In this document: piece after piece, positions 21,103-30,280 of the stretch
How positions within the stretch are numbered: position 1 is the first letter of the stretch
How the letters are laid out: the number at the start of each line of letters is the position of its first letter
Virus record (IMG/VR): IMGVR_UViG_3300050821_002957
Coordinates: 79,192 to 143,191 of that record
DNA: 64,000 bases
Source: a virus
Direction: 5' to 3' (one strand)
Notes under the pieces: generated by a model
Databases searched by the model: none
Told to the model about the DNA's origin: nothing
The model's input: only the letters and a program-made list of their open reading frames with translations
Position numbers and translations under genes: made by a program

Positions 21103-21424
21103 TCACCGCTGCTGTCGTCAAAACTTTTGCGATCCGAACGCTCACGTCGCCATCCCGGTAGAAAAATCCGATGTCCGACACACGTAAGTACAAACCAGTC
21201 GCTTGATAGAACACAAATCGAAATACTCGAAATGGTATGCAGACAATCCACCAAATGATCCGAAACGGAAGTGTCACGAGAAACCAGAGCACTTCCATCA
21301 TATGGCTACCACACCACCAAAGACCAATCAACAAGATCGCAGCAAGCTCAAAAACAAATTTGAGGTTGAAAAGAATGACCAATCCAATGATAACAGCAAT
21401 GATGACAGATATCGTAAGCAGCAT
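21059..21424 (-). CDS. putative small membrane protein
   Basis: 121 aa with 3-4 predicted hydrophobic helices (MLLTISVIIAVIIGLVILF...). It overlaps the neighbouring ORF by 44 nt. Confidence 0.3.
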   Translation of the reverse strand: MLLTISVIIAVIIGLVILFNLKFVFELAAILLIGLWWCGSHMMEVLWFLVTLPFRIIWWIVCIPFRVFRFVFYQATGLYLRVSDIGFFYRDGDVSVRIAKVLTTAAVIGFIVALVHHVTHR

Positions 21425-21442
21425 GTTAACAATTATATCAGA

Positions 21443-23035
21443 TCAACAATCGCTTTGGTTTGGACAGGTCGTCGGATTCACATCAGGCTGCGTTTCCTTC
21501 ACCGGCTCTGGACCAGTTTCGTTTCTGGTTTCGATGATGCCAGTCGGGTCCGGGAAGGGAGGAATGACCGGCGCTGAAGGCGATCCAGGAGAAGATGGAC
21601 TGCTCGGACTGTGTGGCGAACCTGGATGCGGACTACCAGATGGAGTCACAATTGCATTTGCTAACCACGTCCATCCACCAGCACCACCAACAATAGCCGA
21701 AGCGGTCACACCAAACTGACCTCCCGCCGAAGATTCAATTTCACCATCGGCATTCATTTCAATCGTAGCGGCGCTTTCAGAATAGGAACCACCGATTTTC
21801 ACATCGTAACTGCCGCCAGCACTCAACGAATCAGAATCACCAATGTTCGTCGTTCTGGAATCGCCAATGTGCAACGTCTCTCCGTTACCAATTTTTGTAG
21901 TTCGACCATCACCAATATTCACGGTCTCCCCGTTGCCGATATTTGTGGTCCGTCCTTCGCCCACGTCCAATTCTTCCGATTCAGCAATTCGGACGATACG
22001 CTTTCCACCGATATCAGTAAAATAATCACCACCGATCTTCTCAGTATAGTCGCCCTGGACATGGACATTCATATCACCATCGGCTTGAACATTGATGGTA
22101 TCTTGGCAATAAAAATTCACTTCACCACGTACTGTGACGTTCAGCGTATTTTGGTGCTGGATGTATGAATTCTCCATGTGAATTTCAAAAGTCTTCCCGA
22201 CGATCTTCATTCCAAAATCGCCACTCAGACCAGGATTGTCTTCTTGTCCAGTTCCAATTTCGATGTACGTACCAGAACGATGATAGATGTGAATTCGTTC
22301 GGCATTCGGTGTATCGTCAACTTCCAAAATATGACCAGACTCCGATTCATAGACGTGATTGTACGGATAAGCAGAGTCGTACCCCGGCAATGGTTCGTTG
22401 AATTGTCGGCCAGGAGTCGTATGAGCAAATGCAATAGGAACACCAACTGCACGCTGTCTCTGTCGAACGCCAATGATCGTATCGCTAATATTTTCTGCTC
22501 GGGCGAGACGGTTCACATCCGATTCGCCAATGATGCAACCCCAAGGATGAGTTTGGCGGGGATACAACGATGCCTGTGACTCGTTTGTGTTCTGTGCGCC
22601 GGTTCCGTCATTCGGATAATAACGAATACGAGTCTTCCTTGGTGCATTTTGAAGATCGTGGAATGGTGTGGACGGATCGTAGAACCCAATGCAAGGTTGT
22701 GGCTGCTCTTCGGGAATGCCAGCAATGGTTCCAAGCACGACTGGATCTTGAGCACTTTCATTATCTTTGAAAAATCCCCAGACCCATGTTCCTTCTGCTG
22801 GTCCTGTCGGAGAGTGACCAAGGCCATTCATTGCCTGATTCCAAGTAATTGGCTGATAGACGTAAGCCCATTGCAATTCGCACGTCGGAATCAACTGCTT
22901 GTTTTCTGTATGTGCTCCCAAAATGCGAACACGTAGCCGACCCAACATAACTGGATCATTACGATCTTCGACAACTCCCATCCACCAGTAGAAGGAGTCT
23001 TTGCCCATAAAATTCGGCTCTATCTTCATGCACAT
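21443..23035 (-). CDS. baseplate central spike protein (gp5/VgrG-like, OB-fold N-terminus plus C-terminal beta-helix)
   Basis: 530 aa. The N-terminus (MCMKIEPNFMGKDSFYWWMGVVEDRNDPVMLGRLRVRILGAH) is gp5-N-like. The C-terminus has octapeptide-type beta-helix repeats (TTNIGNGETVNIGDGRTTKIGNGETLHIGDSRTTNIGD), then a Pro/Ser-rich tail. Confidence 0.6.
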   Translation of the reverse strand: MCMKIEPNFMGKDSFYWWMGVVEDRNDPVMLGRLRVRILGAHTENKQLIPTCELQWAYVYQPITWNQAMNGLGHSPTGPAEGTWVWGFFKDNESAQDPVVLGTIAGIPEEQPQPCIGFYDPSTPFHDLQNAPRKTRIRYYPNDGTGAQNTNESQASLYPRQTHPWGCIIGESDVNRLARAENISDTIIGVRQRQRAVGVPIAFAHTTPGRQFNEPLPGYDSAYPYNHVYESESGHILEVDDTPNAERIHIYHRSGTYIEIGTGQEDNPGLSGDFGMKIVGKTFEIHMENSYIQHQNTLNVTVRGEVNFYCQDTINVQADGDMNVHVQGDYTEKIGGDYFTDIGGKRIVRIAESEELDVGEGRTTNIGNGETVNIGDGRTTKIGNGETLHIGDSRTTNIGDSDSLSAGGSYDVKIGGSYSESAATIEMNADGEIESSAGGQFGVTASAIVGGAGGWTWLANAIVTPSGSPHPGSPHSPSSPSSPGSPSAPVIPPFPDPTGIIETRNETGPEPVKETQPDVNPTTCPNQSDC

Positions 23036-23046
23036 ATATAGTGGTG

Positions 23047-23589
23047 ATGCTTTACTACGTTTACGCTTACTACGATCCTATTACCAATTTGCCGTTCTAC
23101 ATCGGCAAAGGTCACGGCGCACGAGCGCACTCTCATTTGAGCGAATTAAAAACTACTACCAAAAACATTCGGAAATGGAACAAAATCAATTCTATCAGAA
23201 AACACGGCCACGAACCTGAAGTAAGAATATTGAAAACTGATCTTACTGAAGACGCTGCATACGACCTTGAAGAAAAACTCATCCGTACCTGGGGTCGGAA
23301 ACGAATTGATCAGAATGGTGTGCTAACTAACATCTGCCTTGATGCTCGTCCACCAGGAAATCCTACAGCACATCTAGGAAAAAAACATTCGACGGCGACT
23401 AAGAAAGTAATGGCAGAACGCAAAGCAAAAGATTGGCGCATCACTTCACCAGATGGCGTAGTGGAGACTATTACAAATCTTCGAGAATTTTGTCGTTCTC
23501 GACAATTGAATCAGTCAACACTCGTCAAAATTGCTCACGGCCAGCAACAGAAATCCCACAAAGGATACTACTGCGAATTGGTCACGTAG
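23047..23589 (+). CDS. GIY-YIG homing endonuclease
   Basis: YVYAYYDPITNLPFYIGKGHGARAHSH... is the canonical GIY-x10-YIG plus Arg/His/Glu/Asn motif. The ORF track starts at GTG 23041; an ATG lies at 23047. Confidence 0.65.
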   Translation: MLYYVYAYYDPITNLPFYIGKGHGARAHSHLSELKTTTKNIRKWNKINSIRKHGHEPEVRILKTDLTEDAAYDLEEKLIRTWGRKRIDQNGVLTNICLDARPPGNPTAHLGKKHSTATKKVMAERKAKDWRITSPDGVVETITNLREFCRSRQLNQSTLVKIAHGQQQKSHKGYYCELVT

Positions 23590-23668
23590 GATATCATCTC
23601 ACTTTCATTTAGACCATACAATTTTGAAGAACTTGACGAAAGATGCATCTTTGTGCTAGGGTCAGTTC

Positions 23669-24016
23669 ATGGACTTTCAAATTGAATTTCATGAAGCACC
23701 AAACGGAGACCTTTTGTTGTCGGTCGATTCCAAAACACAAATGATGCTTCAGGTGATCAAAGGTATCGATCCAATTGCGTTCGCCACCAGCGTTACTCAA
23801 TTTGACATCTTCGGTTGGTTCATTACAAATACTGAATATTCCTGGATTACACCGGAAGAGATCGACGCCTTTACCGATGCTCCGATTCTTGGTATCAAAG
23901 GATCGAACGAATATGGCGATGTGATCCGGGCCTGGGCGTTCATGGATTTTGAATCACGGTCACCCCAAGATGATTTGGCCGATAAAGGCCGGGTTCGATT
24001 TACTGGAAACGACTAA
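23669..24016 (+). CDS. hypothetical early-block protein
   Basis: 115-aa plus-strand ORF downstream of the GIY-YIG gene. Confidence 0.35.
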   Translation: MDFQIEFHEAPNGDLLLSVDSKTQMMLQVIKGIDPIAFATSVTQFDIFGWFITNTEYSWITPEEIDAFTDAPILGIKGSNEYGDVIRAWAFMDFESRSPQDDLADKGRVRFTGND

Positions 24017-24030
24017 TTTAGATACATCTA

Positions 24031-24059
24031 TTGACATTCGCACTCGATCCTGCTACTAT
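24031..24059 (+). promoter_or_regulatory. sigma70-type promoter (TTGACA-17-TACTAT) with upstream AATTTAGATACATCTA element
   Basis: TTGACA at 24031-24036, a 17-nt spacer, and TACTAT at 24054-24059. The upstream 17-mer TAATTTAGATACATCTA is repeated verbatim at 24521-24537. Confidence 0.5.
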
Positions 24060-24065
24060 GGATTC

Positions 24066-24218
24066 ATGAGCAACGAACTAGACGATCTGATCCGGTTGAG
24101 TCCTGAAGAAGTCTACGGCGCAGAGCCAACCGAACTCGAAAAGGCCGAAATGTTCAATGCCGCAGAAGACATTCGCATCGAGCGCTACATGATTGAACGT
24201 CACCTGGGAGGCAAGTAA
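24066..24218 (+). CDS. small hypothetical protein (50 aa)
   Basis: ATG at 24066 just downstream of the promoter, MSNELDDLIRLSPEEVYGAEPTELEK... It is the 3' part of track ORF 23949-24218. Confidence 0.35.
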   Translation: MSNELDDLIRLSPEEVYGAEPTELEKAEMFNAAEDIRIERYMIERHLGGK

Positions 24219-24524
24219 ATGCCAACCAAACACAAGCCTGACACCACGATTCCCTGCAACATCTGCAAAGGAACAAAGCGCAACGGCAACCATGAATGCG
24301 GGGCCTGCTTTGGCACTGGTCTTTCGACGGCATCTTACGATCAGCGCCGAAACGCCACCACGATTACGGTATGGGAAGGCGAAAAAATGCCCGATATGGA
24401 AGGGCTGGAAGTTCATTCTCGACGGGCAACCAATCGTACAAATGGCTCGACTGTGATGCCCAAAATTCAACACGGCGTCATCATGCTCATCTCCTGGACG
24501 AATAAGGATTATCGAGGCGAATAA
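24219..24524 (+). CDS. small Cys-rich (zinc-ribbon-like) protein
   Basis: 101 aa, CNICKGT...HECGACFGTG gives two CxxC pairs. Confidence 0.4.
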   Translation: MPTKHKPDTTIPCNICKGTKRNGNHECGACFGTGLSTASYDQRRNATTITVWEGEKMPDMEGLEVHSRRATNRTNGSTVMPKIQHGVIMLISWTNKDYRGE

Positions 24525-24538
24525 TTTAGATACATCTA

Positions 24539-24567
24539 TTGACTTAAAGACCTGAAACTGGTATTCT
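24539..24567 (+). promoter_or_regulatory. sigma70-type promoter (TTGACT-17-TATTCT) with the same upstream element
   Basis: TTGACT at 24539-24544, a 17-nt spacer, and TATTCT at 24562-24567. It is preceded by the identical ATAATTTAGATACATCTA element, and ATG 24574 follows. Confidence 0.5.
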
Positions 24568-24573
24568 TAACTC

Positions 24574-24939
24574 ATGAACAGCGCACAACGAGATTGGATG
24601 ATTCGGATGGAAGCGAATGTCGGAACGCTACGAGAACAGTATCACGGTGCCTCAGCATTTGATAATGAACTTCTCGCCGAAACGCTTCGCAAGGTTCGTG
24701 AAGCTGTGCGCCGCCTGAAGCTGAAAGTGGTCGATGAGGTACAAAATGCCATCGATAACGAATTCTGGGACGGCGAGGCCGATTCTCGTGTCGAATGGCT
24801 GGCCGAAGCTCTTCGCATCATCAGCATCTACACTGCGGAGCCGGATGACGACGGATTCAACGAAGAAGTAGAGTACGAACAGGAAATGGATCGCCGGTAT
24901 CATTTACTTCATGGCGGCGACCCGGAGTGGGCACAATGA
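24574..24939 (+). CDS. hypothetical early-block protein
   Basis: 121-aa ORF starting 7 nt after the -10 element. Confidence 0.45.
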   Translation: MNSAQRDWMIRMEANVGTLREQYHGASAFDNELLAETLRKVREAVRRLKLKVVDEVQNAIDNEFWDGEADSRVEWLAEALRIISIYTAEPDDDGFNEEVEYEQEMDRRYHLLHGGDPEWAQ

Positions 24940-25166
24940 CGGAACAAGAAACAGCCTTTGTCGAAATGGTCTCCAAGCACGATTTGACCTTCGACTACTC
25001 AGACGACTTTCGATGCTGGAAAGCTGGCAATGCTTCTCTGGCGGCGATCCACGAAGCTGCAAAATCGCTTCCTCGTGATTTCGTTGTTGAAACGTGGAAT
25101 GCTGCCGTAGACAAGAAGATCGTCCCCGGTCGGCGTGAACAGTGGTATTGGAAGGAAACAGTATGA
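24927..25166 (+). CDS. hypothetical small protein
   Basis: 79 aa, overlapping start/stop with its neighbours. Confidence 0.35.
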   Translation: MGTMTEQETAFVEMVSKHDLTFDYSDDFRCWKAGNASLAAIHEAAKSLPRDFVVETWNAAVDKKIVPGRREQWYWKETV

Positions 25167-25453
25167 AAGCAATTCGATGTGACAGTGGAAACCCTTTTGA
25201 AGTCCTGCGGTCGTTTGTGACGAAAAATCCAGACTTCTTGCCGGTCTCGATGATCATGGACATTGGTTATGCTTCGACGCTGGTGACGATCAACAAACTA
25301 GAAGACATAGACGGGATTGAGGCGTTTCAACAAAAAATGCGTGAGACCGATCCAGTCAGAGATGCGCTGGGAATGGCGATGAAAGCGAGCCAGCCGAATA
25401 CCGTGTACTCTTCCGATTTGAAACTCTTGGTGAAGAACGGGAAGTTCGTATGA
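25142..25453 (+). CDS. hypothetical small protein
   Basis: 103 aa, the last ORF of the plus-strand block. Confidence 0.4.
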   Translation: MVLEGNSMKAIRCDSGNPFEVLRSFVTKNPDFLPVSMIMDIGYASTLVTINKLEDIDGIEAFQQKMRETDPVRDALGMAMKASQPNTVYSSDLKLLVKNGKFV

Positions 25454-25558
25454 CCTGTTCCAAAAACTTCAAGAAGGTGCGTTGGTCGAACGTATTTGTT
25501 GACACAAGACCTCGGCCTACCTGTGTACGTATTGATCGGTGTCGCCGCAGGATACGTT

Positions 25559-26182
25559 CTAATCGAATTTCTTGATCGTTAAAGGCGGATCGGACGCAGC
25601 AAGAGGCATTGTCTGCCAGCTACCATTCGCATTTGTAATCATCAGAGGCGTAGCCGGAATGTTCACATAAGGTCCCAACTTCGTTCCATCGGCAAGCACA
25701 AGCTGGATCATCTGAAGACCGGCGCAATTCCATCCCAGAGGGCCATCCACAATCGTAACCGTCAAAACATCGCCGACAGTATACCCAGATGCAAACGGCG
25801 CAGCCAACCCAGTTATGACCCCATTCGTGAAATAAACTGTGATGCTTCCTGCTGTACCAGTCCCGCCCGTAATCGTTATTTGTGGATTGACGTAGCTGGA
25901 GCCGCCCGAACCGACAACCAGGGTCAACACTGAAGCAGACACCACCGACGCCGTAGCGCTCGCCCCAGTGCCAGCAGCAGGCTTTGTAACGCCACTTCCA
26001 ACACACTGCCACCGTTGGACAGAAGCGATTGGCGAAACCATCAAATTTTTGACTTGTGATTGTCCGTCAGCCAACGTTTGTGCATTGCTTTGCTGAATGA
26101 TGAGAACGATTAATGCAAGAAAAAGAATCAACCATACAACTCTAAGTGTTTTCATGTCGTCTTTCCTAATAGAGATAAGCAA
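25559..26182 (-). CDS. secreted protein with fibre-type ITGGTGT...GYT domain (paralogue A)
   Basis: N-terminus MKTLRVVWLILFLALIVLIIQQSNAQ is a signal peptide. The C-terminal domain ITITGGTGTAGSITVYFTNGVITGLAAPFASGYTVGDVLTVTIVDGP is paralogous to 26166-27038 and to the repeats in 12772-14328. Confidence 0.5.
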   Translation of the reverse strand: MLISIRKDDMKTLRVVWLILFLALIVLIIQQSNAQTLADGQSQVKNLMVSPIASVQRWQCVGSGVTKPAAGTGASATASVVSASVLTLVVGSGGSSYVNPQITITGGTGTAGSITVYFTNGVITGLAAPFASGYTVGDVLTVTIVDGPLGWNCAGLQMIQLVLADGTKLGPYVNIPATPLMITNANGSWQTMPLAASDPPLTIKKFD

Positions 26183-27038
26183 CTGTGATGTAATCGTCCA
26201 AATTCCACGCTACAAGCGCCCCAGAAGCATCTTGATAGAGAACTGGGATAATGTAGCCAGTCGTCGTATTGAGCGTATAGTCGGGACCGAGACGCTGTAG
26301 AAGGCCATTCCGCCAGACCTGGACGTTGCGCCCCGGCTTCGGATACTTCCATGTCTGTGGAATGTCCGTGATCGTTACTGTCAGAACGTCGCCAATCGTG
26401 TAGCCAGTGGCATTGGGTGCATTAATCGCTGTGATGACCCCTCCAACGACAGTAGCAGTGACATTCCCAGGAGTGCCGGTGCCGCCAGTGATCGAGACCA
26501 TCGGTAAAACGTAGCCACTTCCACCGCTGACACTTGTGAACGACAATGACGTGAGTGTTGTTGTTCCAGGCGGATTAAAAACAACTCCCTGGAAAACGGC
26601 ACCTGTCCCAAATGGACCGTTATTGACAACAGCAATTTGATTCACATACTGTGTCGGAAAAATCCCACGAAGCTGACCCCCAGAACATGCAGGCGAACAT
26701 GATGCACCTGATGCAAATTCAATCCAGACACCTAGTGGAAAGGTCTGAACAGTGCCATCACTCATGAGCACTTGAACACCAACTGGAGTAGGAGCAGCAC
26801 CACCAACAACTGCCCGAGACACTTTGTTCTCAAACATTCGCATGAACCAATTTGGTTTTTGAACCTTGGCCGGTGCTGGCGGTGCGATTGGCGGCGGCGG
26901 TTCTTCAGACGCAGCGACCACTAAGGGAAAGGGCGCTGTAATATTGCTTTTTTGTTTTGTCTGTTGTGCGCTCAGTGTAAGCGAAAGAATGGTCGCTGTG
27001 AGTCCTGTTGCTCGAAGTATGACTTTCATCAAAGACAT
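26166..27038 (-). CDS. secreted protein with fibre-type ITGGTGT...GYT domain (paralogue B)
   Basis: N-terminus MKVILRATGLTATILSLTLSAQQTKQ is a signal peptide, followed by a PPPPIAPPAP linker and the domain VSITGGTGTPGNVTATVVGGVITAINAPNATGYTIGDVLTVTITDIP. Confidence 0.5.
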   Translation of the reverse strand: MSLMKVILRATGLTATILSLTLSAQQTKQKSNITAPFPLVVAASEEPPPPIAPPAPAKVQKPNWFMRMFENKVSRAVVGGAAPTPVGVQVLMSDGTVQTFPLGVWIEFASGASCSPACSGGQLRGIFPTQYVNQIAVVNNGPFGTGAVFQGVVFNPPGTTTLTSLSFTSVSGGSGYVLPMVSITGGTGTPGNVTATVVGGVITAINAPNATGYTIGDVLTVTITDIPQTWKYPKPGRNVQVWRNGLLQRLGPDYTLNTTTGYIIPVLYQDASGALVAWNLDDYITVAYLY

Positions 27039-27496
27039 TTAGTTCGTTCCTTTTCTGATGGCAAGGATTCCCGATTCTCCACCTTGCATTTCCCGCTGAG
27101 AGATTTTACCCCTACTGGCCAACTCTTGACGGAGTGACATTAAGCTGCGGACGTGCTAATTTGTGGATCGTTTCTTACGCCCTGTGGATTCATGTATTAT
27201 CCCACAGTCCGTGCCGAGTCAAGCTCGATCTTTGCACCACATCAGGCTTTCATCTTCGCATAGAGTGGGTTAAGGTGTCAAGGCTATATACTGCCATGAA
27301 AAACCATCATCACCAAACAATGCAACTCAGAGTATGGCTGGAGAAAATTCTAGGACCAACCGCAAGGGTTTCTGAATGCTCGGATCGTCGAGTAAGAGAA
27401 CGGGCCTGGACAGTCAAGAATTTTTATGGCAGTTCGATCTTGGAAAAATGGGGATACCCGCTTCCATTTGACGAACCGATTTTGAATTAGAAATTT

Positions 27497-27571
27497 TGGA
27501 GCGAAGAGTGGGAGTCGAACCCACCTACACTTGATTGGCAACCAAGGGCACAGCCGCTATACCATCCTCGC
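27497..27571 (-). tRNA. tRNA-Gly (anticodon GCC)
   Basis: Manual fold. Acceptor GCGAGGA/TCTTCGC, anticodon loop TTGCCAA, T-arm GTGGG-TTCGACT-CCCAC, encoded CCA. Confidence 0.75.
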
Positions 27572-27937
27572 ATACCTACGCTTTCGACCTTTGCCTCTAT
27601 TCAGGCTACCATAAGTCGGCGTCAAACTATCACAACAAGGACAAAGCAATTCCAAATTTGACTCTGATGAATCTTCCGAATTGCCATCGATATGATTCAC
27701 AACGAGAGGGATCTTCCCAGTCGTAGGATTCACTTCTGCCCACCCACACTTACAACATTTTGAGTCATACTTCTCGAACAAGTAGCGCCGCACATGAGCA
27801 CTAATTTGTTCACTCACCATCGAGCCAGATTCCTCTCCCCGTTTCCACCTTGCGATGTACTCTGTGAATTGAAATCTCTGCTGACAGCGGTAGCTACAAT
27901 AGACATCCGCTGCTCTTGTACAGGGCGTGCGTAGCAC
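27557..27937 (-). CDS. HNH homing endonuclease
   Basis: ...VVNHIDGNSEDSSESNLELLCPCCDS... is an HNH motif. It lies between the two tRNA-Gly genes, and its stop overlaps the tRNA 5' end by about 15 nt. Confidence 0.6.
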   Translation of the reverse strand: MLRTPCTRAADVYCSYRCQQRFQFTEYIARWKRGEESGSMVSEQISAHVRRYLFEKYDSKCCKCGWAEVNPTTGKIPLVVNHIDGNSEDSSESNLELLCPCCDSLTPTYGSLNRGKGRKRRYARMV

Positions 27938-27957
27938 CGTTTAAGACACGGCAAAAT

Positions 27958-28032
27958 TGGAGCGGGGTACGAGAGTCGAACTCGTCTACTCTTACTTGGA
28001 AGGCAAGGGCACAGCCGCTATACCAACCCCGC
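27958..28032 (-). tRNA. tRNA-Gly (anticodon TCC)
   Basis: Manual fold. Acceptor GCGGGGT/ACCCCGC, anticodon loop CTTCCAA, T-arm ACGAG-TTCGACT-CTCGT, encoded CCA. Confidence 0.75.
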
Positions 28033-28040
28033 AATAAAAT

Positions 28041-28352
28041 CTATTTAGCACTGGACAAAACGACCGGCATCAAAGAGATTTGCCGCCAGATCGCAAGGAT
28101 ATTCCAGGCGACCAACACTAGAAATGCAATGTTGATCTTGGTCAGCTTGTTTCCTCGAAGATACCAGACGGTTCCGAAGACGATCCCAAACACTTTTACG
28201 AGAGCCAAACTGACGACCGGCGAGAACAAATGCAAAAGCATACGAACAGCCGGGTTACCTTCTTGGACGCCAATTGCAAGAAAAAGCAGAGTGGAAGCGA
28301 TGTCTGCCACCTGGAGAATCACGAAGAGCGTCAAGCTGTTCATGAGGACCAT
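28041..28352 (-). CDS. small integral membrane protein
   Basis: 103 aa with three predicted TM helices. Confidence 0.4.
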   Translation of the reverse strand: MVLMNSLTLFVILQVADIASTLLFLAIGVQEGNPAVRMLLHLFSPVVSLALVKVFGIVFGTVWYLRGNKLTKINIAFLVLVAWNILAIWRQISLMPVVLSSAK

Positions 28353-28383
28353 AGTACCAAAACAAAGGGTCTATGTCAAGAGC

Positions 28384-28752
28384 CTACTTGATCCATCGAG
28401 CGGCTGGCTTTGGATGGGAATCCCGATATTGTCTGCGCCACTCAGCTTCATCTGCATCCGTCGCTGGCTTCATGACAACGTTTGTGCATCCGCAGACGTT
28501 CAGAAAACATCCGCCAGCGATCAACGTCTTTCGAGCTTCGTCCAGCGAATGGATCAAATCTGGCTGATCACGTCCAGAAACTTCAATCAAAAATTTCATG
28601 GCTCTCGCTTTCGCAAACCCAATGTGAGAAAATGTCCCAGGCCAACCCACATGACTTTCGAGTAGTGAGCGTATCCCTTTGCATGAGTCCCCATGATCAA
28701 GTTCGTCAAAAAAGGGAGAACGAGCATGACCCCAAGAAATGCGAAGACCCAA
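28384..28752 (-). CDS. hypothetical protein
   Basis: 122-aa ORF, co-directional. The plus ORF 27916-28665 is rejected because it runs across a tRNA. Confidence 0.35.
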   Translation of the reverse strand: MGLRISWGHARSPFFDELDHGDSCKGIRSLLESHVGWPGTFSHIGFAKARAMKFLIEVSGRDQPDLIHSLDEARKTLIAGGCFLNVCGCTNVVMKPATDADEAEWRRQYRDSHPKPAARWIK

Positions 28753-28823
28753 TACAAAATATGATAAAGTAGTAGGCCGAAGCCGATCTGAAGCATAATA
28801 ATCTCCAGTCCAAGAATACCTTA

Positions 28824-29813
28824 CTACTCACCGATTGTCAAGCATTTTTGCGCCGTGATGGAATTGAACGAAGCGGCTTTCTTCACGATGTATGTACCCT
28901 GCTCGGTAACAATTTTTCCGGTCTTCTTGTTGGCCGTCTTGATGTAGCCGTAGTCGTGATACGTGCTGCCGAATTCCTTGAAGCGCAATTCGTACTGAAC
29001 ACGGAACGGGTCCAAGTAATCAGCGATAACATACTTCAATAGTTCATTGCCTTCTGCATCAAACACGTCCCAACGAACATGATTGTACATCGTGACGTTT
29101 AAAATGTCCTTGAACTTTTGCGGCGGTTCGTTAAACAGATTGACTTCTTTCACCACCGTCTTCACAATATCAATAGTAATGATGTCAAGAGCCGCCAAGT
29201 ATTCGACCACTTCGGTGCGAAAATCCTGGTTCTCTAACATGTCATCGACCACTTCACCGATCACTGGGATTCCAAGATTTGCAAATTTCTTCAAATAATG
29301 GATGCGGCTTGGCCGGTCGATCAGTGCCTCGGAGACATTCATCGTGTTGGCTGTGAGAACGAACAGACGCCTGGAAGGTGCATTCAGTGCTCCATCCATG
29401 ATTGCCAGCAATGCATCAGACTTTCCAAAAATTTTCTCGTACTCATCGATCATCACAACGACTTCCTGATCGATGTAACTGAGGAAGTTGATCAGATCCG
29501 CACCTTTGTTGTAGTCCTGCGCCACCAAGATTACAGGTAGCTTGGAGTAGTTGCAAATCTGTTCGGCTTGGACGGTCTTGCCAGTTCCCTTGAGGCCGCA
29601 CAACATCACACCAAGATTTCCCGTCTTGGCTTTGAACGATTTGATGACTCGATCAGGAAACCCATCACTACCGTAGAGCTTGTACGGAAAGACAAATTCT
29701 TCCTTCATCCTATCGAGATACATTGATCCAAAAGGACCGTATTCCAGAGTGTAGACGCCTACCGGCAATCTCTCTAGCTCTTCGCTCTTTTCAAAAAACC
29801 ATTTTGTGACCAC
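28824..29813 (-). CDS. AAA+ family ATPase
   Basis: Walker A GLKGTGKT and Walker B VVMIDEYE, 329 aa. It is the last gene of the MVP-containing gene string. Confidence 0.6.
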   Translation of the reverse strand: MVTKWFFEKSEELERLPVGVYTLEYGPFGSMYLDRMKEEFVFPYKLYGSDGFPDRVIKSFKAKTGNLGVMLCGLKGTGKTVQAEQICNYSKLPVILVAQDYNKGADLINFLSYIDQEVVVMIDEYEKIFGKSDALLAIMDGALNAPSRRLFVLTANTMNVSEALIDRPSRIHYLKKFANLGIPVIGEVVDDMLENQDFRTEVVEYLAALDIITIDIVKTVVKEVNLFNEPPQKFKDILNVTMYNHVRWDVFDAEGNELLKYVIADYLDPFRVQYELRFKEFGSTYHDYGYIKTANKKTGKIVTEQGTYIVKKAASFNSITAQKCLTIGE

Positions 29814-29830
29814 ATGTGTTCTATTCTCTC

Positions 29831-30280
29831 TTATTTTCCGGCGTTGTCAAGCAACTCTCGGATTTTTTCTGGCACAAGTTTCGGGTCCAATACTATCATC
29901 CGGCTAGGAAACTGAAGAGTCCCCTTTCGCAGGAGTGACGGTTCGTCATCTGGTGACCAATTATCGTTCATTTCTACGCCCTGTACTGAGATTCGATAGT
30001 CGGCAGTATCATAGTCTTCGTAAACGTTTTCTTGAGTGACAGGATCACGCCCTTTCCATCGCCGTGAGGTTTTTGGTATGACCTTAAGTGCCAGCACCTT
30101 GCCTAACTGGAGAGCGGCACACCGTCCTAGAGCGTGTCCATAGACGATGATTGAACCAATCTCAACCTTCTGCCCGATCTTATCGAAAACATCCGGTGCC
30201 TCCTTTTCCGGCTTGATTTCGTCTACTTCCTTGGCTGTAATCTCTAAAATTTTGTGGACTTTCCGATGGTCGAGTTTCAT
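29831..30280 (-). CDS. hypothetical protein
   Basis: 149-aa ORF; its stop overlaps the start of the AAA gene region. Confidence 0.45.
   Translation of the reverse strand: MKLDHRKVHKILEITAKEVDEIKPEKEAPDVFDKIGQKVEIGSIIVYGHALGRCAALQLGKVLALKVIPKTSRRWKGRDPVTQENVYEDYDTADYRISVQGVEMNDNWSPDDEPSLLRKGTLQFPSRMIVLDPKLVPEKIRELLDNAGK

Noticed and set aside
27916-28665. 249-aa plus-strand ORF
   Set aside because: It runs antisense across tRNA-Gly(TCC) and two better-supported minus-strand membrane-protein ORFs. Its composition looks like a mirror frame.
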